Of a stretch of DNA of 41,157 nt, positions 1-7,809 are shown in pieces. Made by a program: the position numbers and the translations under genes. The stretch lies in the IMG/VR virus record IMGVR_UViG_3300027754_000048. One strand, given 5' to 3'. Under the pieces are notes generated by a model. The model saw only the letters and a list, made by a program, of their open reading frames with translations, was not told where the DNA came from and ran no database searches. The DNA is from a virus. The stretch's first letter is position 1; the number at the start of each line of letters is the position of its first letter.

Positions 1-1
1 A

Positions 2-492
2 TCAGGCTCAAGCGGTACATCAGGTACTTCAGGCTCAAGCGGTACTTCAGGAACCTCAGGATCAAGCGGTACTTCAGGAACCTCAGGATCAAGCGGTACT
101 TCAGGAACCTCAGGATCAAGCGGTACTTCAGGTTCAAGCGGTACTTCAGGTTCAAGCGGTACTTCAGGAACCTCAGGATCAAGCGGTACTTCAGGATCAA
201 GCGGTACATCAGGTTCAAGCGGCACTAGTGGAAGTTCAGGTACTCGAGGAACCTCAGGATCAAGCGGTACATCAGGCTCAAGTGGTTCTTCAGGTACTTC
301 TGGATCAAGTGGTACTTCAGGTACTTCTGGATCAAGCGGTACATCAGGTACATCAGGCTCAAGTGGTTCTTCAGGTTCAAGCGGCACTAGTGGAAGTTCA
401 GGTACTCGAGGAACTTCAGGTTCAAGCGGCACTAGTGGAAGTTCAGGTACTTCAGGTACAAGTGGAGTCGATGGTACCTCTGGTACCAGTGG
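2..492 (+). repeat. Coding tandem repeat of 9/18/27-nt units (e.g. TCAGGAACCTCAGGATCAAGCGGTACT), encoding Gly-X-Y with X/Y mostly Thr/Ser
   Basis: Directly visible; Gly at every third residue in frame +2. Confidence 0.95.
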
Positions 493-1732
493 TGCTCCAA
501 CGTTTCAATATGTTAATACTGCATTTGTACACCCTAGTGGTGATGATGGAACTGCTGAACTTGGTAATTTTAATTTACCATTTGCTACAATTGAAGCTGC
601 TTTTTATAATACAAATGGTCTAAATTTCTCAGGTACTCCAATCAACAATGGAGTAATTGAAGTATGGCCTTTTACTATTGGTGAGCATCGGCAACTTTCA
701 GGTTCACCGTTATTGCCCTCTAATGCATATGACTATTCTATCAAACAAAGTCTAGTCATTACCAAAAACTTTAAGTTACACCTAAAGTCAGGAGTGCATA
801 TCTGTAGTTATGAGCTCGGTGAGCCTATTTTTGATCTTAGCTACCCTTCAAGCACTGAAACTTCCCCTATAATAGTCACGATATCTGGAGAAGGCGATCG
901 TAGCTCTTCGATTGAACAACTTTTTTTCGTTAGCGCAGGAGATAACCAAAGGTTAACTAACGTTAACAAATACAATGAAATTCATTTTGAAAATCTGTCT
1001 CTATATAGCGAGCCTTTTTCTGATAGTGATATGAATAGCAGCGTTAATCTATACTCGGATGACACTAGCATTTATTATGGAGGAGCGGCTTTTTTTAGAA
1101 ACTGTTTGGTTCATACGAATAACTCTCAAACCTTCAGTTATCTGTCTGCGAGATCTATTCTAGCAAATGTTTCACAGACCACTTCTTCTAGGTTAGAATC
1201 ATGGAACACCAATTGGATATTACAGGATGCTAGTTCATCAGGTGGTGTGTTCCCACGCATATCTTCGCACATTGTAGCGTATAGCTTAGCAAATGCGCCT
1301 ACTGGAGCATTTGCTAAGCTATACAACAGCAAATTCGTAAACACATCGTTATTGTCGTTTGATCCAAATAACACAGACTATTATGCAGTTTATGTTACTC
1401 AAGATTCAACAGATGCTAGCTACTTCTTAGTGATTGATAACTGTATTTTTTGGAGAGGAGTATATGATCCTGCCATAGAATATCTTGATTCTATTCGAAA
1501 CGGAGATGGAACCGCCTGTTTAAGTATAAATTCTGACACTGTGCTTGCATATGTTTCATATGGTTCTCGTAGCATTCATAATTACGCTAATGGAACGTAT
1601 GACGCTCCTCAAGGAGCGTGGATCGAAATGACTGGGGAAGCTGAATCTCTAGCGTCGTTAGGGAGCGCTGGATATGGCCTATTAGAGCAATACTCTCAAG
1701 TGGTGTTACCTTTTTCATCTAGAGTAACATAA
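2..1732 (+). CDS. 5'-truncated fibre-like protein: Gly-Thr-Ser/Gly-Ser-Ser collagen-like stalk plus C-terminal putative beta-helix (pectin-lyase-like) domain
   Basis: Frame +2 is open from base 2 into the track ORF 713..1732. After the SGTSGSSGT repeat comes TAFVHPSGDDGTAELGNFNLPFATIEAA, resembling the YVxxxGxDxxxGxxxxPFxTIxxA cap of beta-helix proteins. Later F-x-N-C/IDNC rung-like motifs. The true start lies upstream of the window. Confidence 0.75.
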   Translation, partial: SGSSGTSGTSGSSGTSGTSGSSGTSGTSGSSGTSGTSGSSGTSGSSGTSGSSGTSGTSGSSGTSGSSGTSGSSGTSGSSGTRGTSGSSGTSGSSGSSGTSGSSGTSGTSGSSGTSGTSGSSGSSGSSGTSGSSGTRGTSGSSGTSGSSGTSGTSGVDGTSGTSGAPTFQYVNTAFVHPSGDDGTAELGNFNLPFATIEAAFYNTNGLNFSGTPINNGVIEVWPFTIGEHRQLSGSPLLPSNAYDYSIKQSLVITKNFKLHLKSGVHICSYELGEPIFDLSYPSSTETSPIIVTISGEGDRSSSIEQLFFVSAGDNQRLTNVNKYNEIHFENLSLYSEPFSDSDMNSSVNLYSDDTSIYYGGAAFFRNCLVHTNNSQTFSYLSARSILANVSQTTSSRLESWNTNWILQDASSSGGVFPRISSHIVAYSLANAPTGAFAKLYNSKFVNTSLLSFDPNNTDYYAVYVTQDSTDASYFLVIDNCIFWRGVYDPAIEYLDSIRNGDGTACLSINSDTVLAYVSYGSRSIHNYANGTYDAPQGAWIEMTGEAESLASLGSAGYGLLEQYSQVVLPFSSRVT

Positions 1733-1738
1733 ACCGAT

Positions 1739-1746
1739 GATAAATA
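1739..1746 (+). promoter_or_regulatory. Putative T4-type late promoter GATAAATA
   Basis: Recurrent intergenic box, 22 nt upstream of the 1769 start; resembles T4 gp55 TATAAATA. Confidence 0.65.
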
Positions 1747-1768
1747 ATCTTAGAAAAATCAAATTATC

Positions 1769-3292
1769 GTGAAAAACTCACCAATTTTAAACTATAAGAG
1801 CTGGTTAGTTGAATCTGCTAGAGTATTAGAGGCAGTTTCATCTGATCCAATGACTCTTTTTAATAACAAAGATGCTTCAGGTCTTGTTGCATATGCTGCG
1901 GCAAATGACTCAGCTGATGTTAAAGCACACGAAGCATATGCTTCAGTAATGGACTGGTGGAACAGAGGTAAAGGCAAAGGCGGTCCTCTTTTAAAAGCTG
2001 GTGGAGAACGTAAGGGCGACCGCGAACAATCTCTTAAGTCTCTATATTATTGGGCAGGTGCATCAACTGGCGGTGACATTCCAAAATCAATCAATCAATT
2101 TTTTGCAGTAGCAGATGCAATCGTTGCAAATCCAAACTTGGGAACCTCTCAAGATTTTAAAGACGCAATTGCTTCTCTAAAAAAAGAACAACAACTTGGT
2201 TTTGTACTGCGTCAGTTTTCAGATCTACAAACCATAATTTCTACAACGCTAATAAATGATGTAAACTCACCTGCAAAAATTAAAGCCATCGCTGCAAATA
2301 GCACAGATCTATTACTTCCAACCATTAAACAGTCGTTTAATGGTAATTCTCTTGCAACTGTAAATAACTTAATTGCAAAAAAGAGCGACGCTAAAACCTG
2401 GACTTCTAGCTTAAAGTTAGATGACTCAACTAAGCTTGCACTACTTACTTCGTTTAAAGACAAGGCAAAAGCACACGCGGATACTAAAGGAATAGATTTG
2501 AATGAAGCAATCGATCAGGCTAGCGATCTTTATATTGCACCAAAGTCAGAAAAATTACAAGTTTCTACTACTCCAGCTGGAGAACCTACTAATTTTACGG
2601 TGACATATTCATATCCTCCAGATGCAGAAGGTAATGCGGAAAGCGAAGAATTTAAGCAAGGTCTTCAGTTATTTCCAGATGACGGTGCAACGATCAAAGA
2701 AGATGCAAAAGCTGCATTAAATGAATCTGTGAAAAAAGCAGTAGATGCAGTCAAAACCGCAAATGGTGAAATAACTGGAGTTAGAACTTGGGGATTTTCA
2801 GGCACAAGTAAAGTTCCAACTGCATATAAGTCAGCCGATGAAAAGTACAGTACAGAAAATAACGTTACGTTAGCAGACGACCGTCTTTCTGCAATCAATA
2901 CTGCCTTAGCTGAAGCCCTAACTGAAAATGGAATCATTGTTACTCCAACAGTCAGCGGTAACACGGCAGAACCAAATCGTGGACCTGAATGGGGAGATGA
3001 CCAACGTAAAGATACCGAAAAGTATGGAACATCAAAAAGCCGCACTGCAACTTATGAAGCGGAGTACGGCCCTTATCGTTATGCTAGAGCATTTTTTGAG
3101 ATCACATATAAATCTACTGGACGTAACTCAGTAGTTCCTCAAGAGCTAGTAACGCCAGTCGGTTCTTGGAACGCTTTAATTAACTGGGGTGGAGAAGCCT
3201 TTAAAATTAAACTACCAAGTATTTCAGGCAAAGGCGGAAGCGGAGTTGGAAAAGTGACCAACTACCACGGCAGCTGTCCACGCTTCAATTAG
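1769..3292 (+). CDS. Hypothetical late/virion-internal protein; C-terminal region loosely OmpA-like (possible peptidoglycan binding)
   Basis: 507 aa ORF. N-terminus ILNYKSWLVES matches the shared leader motif. GFSGTS...NVTLADDRLSAI...YRYARAFFEI loosely resembles the OmpA-C pattern GxTD...NxxLSxxRAxxV...NRRVEI. Confidence 0.5.
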   Translation: MKNSPILNYKSWLVESARVLEAVSSDPMTLFNNKDASGLVAYAAANDSADVKAHEAYASVMDWWNRGKGKGGPLLKAGGERKGDREQSLKSLYYWAGASTGGDIPKSINQFFAVADAIVANPNLGTSQDFKDAIASLKKEQQLGFVLRQFSDLQTIISTTLINDVNSPAKIKAIAANSTDLLLPTIKQSFNGNSLATVNNLIAKKSDAKTWTSSLKLDDSTKLALLTSFKDKAKAHADTKGIDLNEAIDQASDLYIAPKSEKLQVSTTPAGEPTNFTVTYSYPPDAEGNAESEEFKQGLQLFPDDGATIKEDAKAALNESVKKAVDAVKTANGEITGVRTWGFSGTSKVPTAYKSADEKYSTENNVTLADDRLSAINTALAEALTENGIIVTPTVSGNTAEPNRGPEWGDDQRKDTEKYGTSKSRTATYEAEYGPYRYARAFFEITYKSTGRNSVVPQELVTPVGSWNALINWGGEAFKIKLPSISGKGGSGVGKVTNYHGSCPRFN

Positions 3293-3296
3293 GATT

Positions 3297-3833
3297 CTAT
3301 TTTACTTTCTTAGCCAACAAGCAAGTGGAGTATGCACAAAATGTTCCAGTTTCAGGTTTGCAACTAGCAACAATCGAAAAAGCTGCATGTGTAGCATCGG
3401 CTTTAAGCAAAGCCGCACGATGACCTGGAGAGTTAACCCATGAGTCAACCATTTCAGTTACAATAGCATCAGTTGCTTGAGTAAAACCAAACTGCTTGCC
3501 TCTATCGCATTTTGAGGAACATACATTTTCTCCAACTAATCTTGCATCGAATACTTTAGCAGTATCGTATTTTTCGATACGATCCATATGACTATAGTAA
3601 TATTGATCTGCACCTTTTGTGCGACACTGGCGATGTGTCAGCGTATCGTTATCCCACATCCAAGTAGAGTGAAGAGTGCAGGCAGAATCAAGAATACTTG
3701 AGTATTCAACAGAAGTAAGACCATTTTCTTTACGAAACTCATTTACCTTCTTAAGAAAAAGAATTTCAAACGAATCTTGCGAAAAAGCTGTACAGCTTAC
3801 GAACAAGAAGCAGATGATGAAGATTTTTTTCAT
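3297..3833 (-). CDS. Exported CAP (SCP/PR-1) domain protein
   Basis: Signal peptide MKKIFIICFLFVSCTAFSQ; CAP motifs VNEFRKENGL, LHSTWM..LTH, GENV, WVNSPGHRAALL. Confidence 0.85.
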   Translation of the reverse strand: MKKIFIICFLFVSCTAFSQDSFEILFLKKVNEFRKENGLTSVEYSSILDSACTLHSTWMWDNDTLTHRQCRTKGADQYYYSHMDRIEKYDTAKVFDARLVGENVCSSKCDRGKQFGFTQATDAIVTEMVDSWVNSPGHRAALLKADATHAAFSIVASCKPETGTFCAYSTCLLAKKVK

Positions 3834-3851
3834 GGTGTGTTTGTTAAGATT

Positions 3852-3861
3852 AAGATACTTA
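3852..3861 (-). promoter_or_regulatory. Putative early/host-sigma promoter box TAAGTATCTT
   Basis: The same 10-mer lies about 20 nt upstream of both the 3833 and 13577 starts; resembles the Bacteroidota -7 element TAnnTTTG. Confidence 0.35.
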
Positions 3862-3873
3862 ATTTTTTAAAAA

Positions 3874-3881
3874 GATAAATA
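3874..3881 (+). promoter_or_regulatory. Putative late promoter GATAAATA
   Basis: 5 nt upstream of the 3887 ATG. Confidence 0.6.
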
Positions 3882-3886
3882 AATCT

Positions 3887-4474
3887 ATGCAAAAGTTATA
3901 CTTAAAATTAGCTATTTTCTTCATTCTAGTACTTTGTACTTCGGGTGCAGCACCAGATATAAAGATAGTCGACAAAGGTTACTATAAAGTGGGCTATTCT
4001 GAAGCCCTCGAAGAACCTCTTTGGATTGAATATAAAGTAATGTGTACTGAAACTAAATTTTCTCGCAAGGGTCTTGATTTTTATCCAGAAAAAGGAGTAA
4101 AGACTTCAGATAACGATGACTATACAAATAACGAATGGGATAAGGGTCATATGGCTCCAGCTGCAGATTTTGCATGCGATTCAATTGCTTTACGTACTAC
4201 CTTTTCCTATGTGAATTGTTCACTACAACAGGAAAACTTAAATCGTGGAGTTTGGAGATATCTTGAAGCTAGGGAGAGAGAATTAGCAAAGACTTCTCAA
4301 GTAAACGTAAGAATCGATGTAATATTTGATTCAAATAGTAAGACTCTTTCTACTGGCGCAAAAATTCCATCGGCATTCAATAAAACTATTCGTTATGGAA
4401 AAACAGTAGAAAAATATCATTTTCCAAACGTTAAACCTAAAAATTCAGATCCAAAAACATATCTAATCAACTAA
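3887..4474 (+). CDS. Exported DNA/RNA non-specific endonuclease (NucA/EndA/EndoG family)
   Basis: Signal peptide; His-Me finger WDKGHMAPAADF; YVNCSLQQENLNRGVWRYLE; IPSAFNK. Confidence 0.9.
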   Translation: MQKLYLKLAIFFILVLCTSGAAPDIKIVDKGYYKVGYSEALEEPLWIEYKVMCTETKFSRKGLDFYPEKGVKTSDNDDYTNNEWDKGHMAPAADFACDSIALRTTFSYVNCSLQQENLNRGVWRYLEARERELAKTSQVNVRIDVIFDSNSKTLSTGAKIPSAFNKTIRYGKTVEKYHFPNVKPKNSDPKTYLIN

Positions 4475-4475
4475 C

Positions 4476-4838
4476 ATGGCAACCGTTAAAAATTATTTTG
4501 AGTTTATTACAGAAAGTAAAAAGATAGATCCTTTTACAGAGTTTGCAACAAAAAGATTAGCTGGAGCAGCTAAAATCTCGCAAAATGCAAAAGCAAAAGG
4601 CGGTCCTTCTATGCTTACGTATTATCACTTTGTGGTGAAACTACCCTATTATAAAGCAGCGGCAGCTGGCAAATTCAATGCAGCATCAGCGACAGCTGAA
4701 TTAAAAAAGCTCAATAACGAACTTGCAGCTCTTCTAAAGACCTTTGAACCAAAGGATCAGATTCCATTTCAAAAGATAATGGGAAAAATCGAGGTGGTCG
4801 GTGAACTCCTAATTAAGGATTCTGAGAAAAAGAGCTGA
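4476..4838 (+). CDS. Hypothetical protein with capsid-targeting-like leader
   Basis: 120 aa ORF directly after the nuclease; N-terminus MATVKNYFEFITES. Confidence 0.7.
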   Translation: MATVKNYFEFITESKKIDPFTEFATKRLAGAAKISQNAKAKGGPSMLTYYHFVVKLPYYKAAAAGKFNAASATAELKKLNNELAALLKTFEPKDQIPFQKIMGKIEVVGELLIKDSEKKS

Positions 4839-4881
4839 GCCTCACTCGCGTAAGGCTCGTCACTCTTCACTAAGGGACACA

Positions 4882-5760
4882 CTATCTTATTTGTTCTTGC
4901 AAATTATACTTCATTGCTTTTACTTTAATCTTCTTAATCGACTTGGTAAAAACTCCTCTTGCCCATTCTCCTGTTCTTTCATGGTAAATCCCAATAGTTG
5001 AAAAGGCTTCTGGATGGCCATCCATCATACCGAGGCGACGCTTTACAACATCTTCCTCAACTGGGCTTAATATTCCCAGGAGTAGTTTCACAGCTGCAAT
5101 TCTTTCGCTAGCTTCTACACTAGACGTTGCTTCATCATCCGATGTTAACCATTGAATGGGTGCAAACTCTTCATCTGGATTAGTCGGCTCAAGTGAAATG
5201 CTTCTTTCAGTTACAGCTTTAAACTGTATCACTCTTTCTGGAGTTGTTTTAAAACCCATGTTTGTCATTGCCTCTGCTAACTCTTCAGGCGAAGCCTCTC
5301 TTCCCAATTCATGAATTAAATGTCTTTCTGCTTTTTTTCCACGAGTCATATCAAGAGTAATATTTAATGGAATTCGTACAGTTCTATTTAAGTCGTTGAG
5401 ATACTTTAAAATCTCTTTACGAATATGCCAAACTGCGTATGATATGAATTTAAAACCTCGAGTAGGATCAAATGTTTTAGCCGCGTCAATCAATCCAAGA
5501 TTACCTTGCGCTATTAATTCTTCAAGCATAACTCCATTGCTTGCATATTGTTTTGCAACTGATACCACAAATCTTAAGTTTGCTCTTACTAACGATTCAA
5601 TTGCTGCCTGGTCTCCGCTTGCTGCTTTGCAGGCAATCACATACTCTTTATTTGCATCAAACATTTTTTCTTTGCTGACTTCACTTAAATATCGCTCTAC
5701 TATCTTAGTGCGACTAGTCATACGTTCTGCAATTTTCAAATCTCTCATTTTAGCTGCCAT
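4882..5760 (-). CDS. RNA polymerase sigma70-family factor (RpoD/SigA-like, short Bacteroidota type lacking region 1.1)
   Basis: LVRANLRFVVSVAKQY, ELIAQGNLGLIDAAKTFDPTRGFKFISYAVWHIR, RTVRIP, LGREASPEELAE; divergent region 4. Confidence 0.93.
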   Translation of the reverse strand: MAAKMRDLKIAERMTSRTKIVERYLSEVSKEKMFDANKEYVIACKAASGDQAAIESLVRANLRFVVSVAKQYASNGVMLEELIAQGNLGLIDAAKTFDPTRGFKFISYAVWHIRKEILKYLNDLNRTVRIPLNITLDMTRGKKAERHLIHELGREASPEELAEAMTNMGFKTTPERVIQFKAVTERSISLEPTNPDEEFAPIQWLTSDDEATSSVEASERIAAVKLLLGILSPVEEDVVKRRLGMMDGHPEAFSTIGIYHERTGEWARGVFTKSIKKIKVKAMKYNLQEQIR

Positions 5761-5852
5761 TTTTATATGTTCGTATACTTGTAATAATACACAAAAAAGG
5801 AAAAAGTTTAACTTTTTTGAACACTTATTAACAGTTATCTGTTAATTTATTA

Positions 5853-5860
5853 GATAAATA
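5853..5860 (+). promoter_or_regulatory. Putative late promoter GATAAATA
   Basis: 17 nt upstream of the 5878 ATG. Confidence 0.65.
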
Positions 5861-5877
5861 ATAAAAACAATCATAAA

Positions 5878-6144
5878 ATGGCCTCTTCAAAAAAGAATTT
5901 CTTCACATCTTTATTGTCAAATGAGAGTGGACAACAGTCAACTAAGAGACTTTTAGCAATGGTAGGAATGTTGTTCCTATGCGTTACTATGATGCTTAAC
6001 TCCTACTCTCACCAAGAAATTAAACCTGCACCTGAGCTGGTTTCTGCAATTGAAGTAATTGTAATTGCCTGTATCGGAGCTACATCTTTGGATAAATTTT
6101 CAAAGAAAAAAGACAGCAGTTCATCAGACAAAACTGAAGAATAA
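5878..6144 (+). CDS. Small two-TM membrane protein, holin-like
   Basis: 88 aa, two hydrophobic segments, charged C-tail, late-promoter box upstream. Holin function is inferred. Confidence 0.5.
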   Translation: MASSKKNFFTSLLSNESGQQSTKRLLAMVGMLFLCVTMMLNSYSHQEIKPAPELVSAIEVIVIACIGATSLDKFSKKKDSSSSDKTEE

Positions 6145-6182
6145 AAACGCTTTGACTCTAAGTTAAAATAACCTATAGTCCA

Positions 6183-6902
6183 ATGGTTAACAGTAGAGAA
6201 CTTGAAAAATGGTTCGAGCTAAATGTAGATATCGACACTCGAACCATTTATTTAGGCAGTGCCGGATACGATTTAGATGGTGGCGAAACAGGTGTAGACC
6301 ACATGATGGCCGAATACCTAATAAAGGGTATGCACACTCTTGAGTCCAAGAATAAGAAACCTATTCTTATAATGATGAATAATTCAGGAGGTGACTGGTA
6401 TCATGGTATGGCAATCTATGATGCGATTCATTGTTCTCCGTGCGTGTGTACAATAAAAGTATATGGATATGCAATGAGTATGGGAAGCATTATTTTGCAA
6501 GCAGCAGACGAGCGAATCATGATGCCTAATTCAAGATTCATGATTCATTATGGAACTGACGGAGTAAGCGCTCATACTAAAATCGTTGAACGATGGGCAG
6601 ACGAGAGCAAGCGTCTTAGCTGGGAAATGGAAAATATTTATATCAATGTTCTTTTGGAAAAAGAAGATAAAATGGGTGATGGATATCTTGCTAAAGTAAT
6701 TCCAAAAATTTTAGAAGATCAGAGAAAATTCGAACTCTCTTCAAAAACAAAGAGAAAAAAGCTCTCCTTTTCAAAAGATAGAGAAACAAAAGCTGACGAA
6801 CTTCGCGATATTGTCAAGGAAATGCTAAATTACGATACTATACTTAAACCACATGATACCGTTGCCTTAGGTTTTGCAGATTCAGTGTATTCTTCAGAAT
6901 AA
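6183..6902 (+). CDS. clpP: ClpP-family serine protease
   Basis: RTIYL, PILIMMNNSGG (NSPGG-like), AIYDAI, GYAMSMGSIILQA (Ser), RIMMPNSRFMIHYG (His), NYDTIL..ALGFAD (Asp region). Confidence 0.9.
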   Translation: MVNSRELEKWFELNVDIDTRTIYLGSAGYDLDGGETGVDHMMAEYLIKGMHTLESKNKKPILIMMNNSGGDWYHGMAIYDAIHCSPCVCTIKVYGYAMSMGSIILQAADERIMMPNSRFMIHYGTDGVSAHTKIVERWADESKRLSWEMENIYINVLLEKEDKMGDGYLAKVIPKILEDQRKFELSSKTKRKKLSFSKDRETKADELRDIVKEMLNYDTILKPHDTVALGFADSVYSSE

Positions 6903-6904
6903 CA

Positions 6905-6932
6905 AAAAAAGGGAAGATATAATCTTCCCTTT
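6905..6932. terminator. Intrinsic terminator between convergent genes
   Basis: AAAGGGAAGAT-ATA-ATCTTCCCTTT hairpin; the A7 run gives a U-tract on the minus strand. Confidence 0.8.
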
Positions 6933-6953
6933 ACAATTTCAGGTCTTGTGTGA

Positions 6954-7493
6954 CTATGCTTCTAGCCCTCTGCGAACTCTGATACTAACTAATTTACGAT
7001 CCATGTCTCGCACTTCGTGAATCTTAAGTCTATTATACATATCGATATTCATTGTATTTTTTAAGAAAACTCTAATACATGTAGAGGCAGTTGAGTCTTT
7101 CCAGCCAATTTGGGAAGTAATAGTAGTTACTGGAATCGGGAAAGACTGGCCTGGTCGTAATGAACTAGCCGTTTGCTCTATCGCTTTTAAAATAACATTG
7201 TCTTTTGCATTTGACACCTTTGATGGTAACCAAGTATCATCGATTTTAAAAGTAATGTTAACATTTACCTTTGATGTGTTGGTAGACTTAGGGCTAGATG
7301 TAGGACGACGCTTATCGTATTTTTTTGGATCGTCTAACGTGTAGTACTTAAAGCTTACCGATCCTAGTGAGCGGCCTAGTTGTTTTGATGCTTCGGATAA
7401 GCCTTCTGATGATTTTTTAGCTGCTTTGACAATGTTACGAAGTAATTTTTCTTCTTTTGCTGTCCAGCGAGAGAGTGATTGTTGTTTTGCCAT
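6954..7493 (-). CDS. Basic putative DNA-binding protein with N-terminal Myb/HTH-like motif
   Basis: SRWTAKEEKLL...ASKQLGRSLGSVSFKYYTL resembles WTxxEDxxL...LGRTxxxVxxRxxxL. Confidence 0.6.
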   Translation of the reverse strand: MAKQQSLSRWTAKEEKLLRNIVKAAKKSSEGLSEASKQLGRSLGSVSFKYYTLDDPKKYDKRRPTSSPKSTNTSKVNVNITFKIDDTWLPSKVSNAKDNVILKAIEQTASSLRPGQSFPIPVTTITSQIGWKDSTASTCIRVFLKNTMNIDMYNRLKIHEVRDMDRKLVSIRVRRGLEA

Positions 7494-7783
7494 TTTTTAT
7501 AAAGTTTTTTATATTATAGGATTATAAGACAATTAATTATATTTACTTTAAAATAAAAAATAATTTTTTATTTTTAAGTTTTAATATCTTAACTAATGCT
7601 GCAATAAAGAAGGTAATGTTTGCAATAGCTAGAATGTTTATCTATGTTCCCAATTCCAAGAACAGATATTCCTACTTGATCATACGAACCGGCCTGTAAA
7701 ACATGCCCAAAATAAAAAGTAAATTTTTTACATCTAGATAAAAAAATGAAAGACTCGTTATGTAAAAAAGAGTAACTTTACCG

Positions 7784-7791
7784 AATAAATA
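7784..7791 (+). promoter_or_regulatory. Putative late promoter AATAAATA
   Basis: 18 nt upstream of the 7810 ATG. Confidence 0.6.
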
Positions 7792-7809
7792 ACAAAAAAG
7801 AAAGATTAA

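Noticed and set aside
228-623. Track ORF MEVQVLEEPQDQ... (131 aa)
   Set aside because: Off-frame shadow of the GTS/GSS repeat; the real frame is +2 and is continuous with 713..1732.
4837-4858. GAGCCT...AGGCTC hairpin between convergent genes
   Set aside because: Short stem, large loop and no U-tract; too weak to call a terminator.
7494-7809. Possible small ORF, pseudogene or ncRNA in the 316-nt divergent spacer
   Set aside because: Only short stop-interrupted frames with no recognisable motif or stable structure; treated as promoter region.
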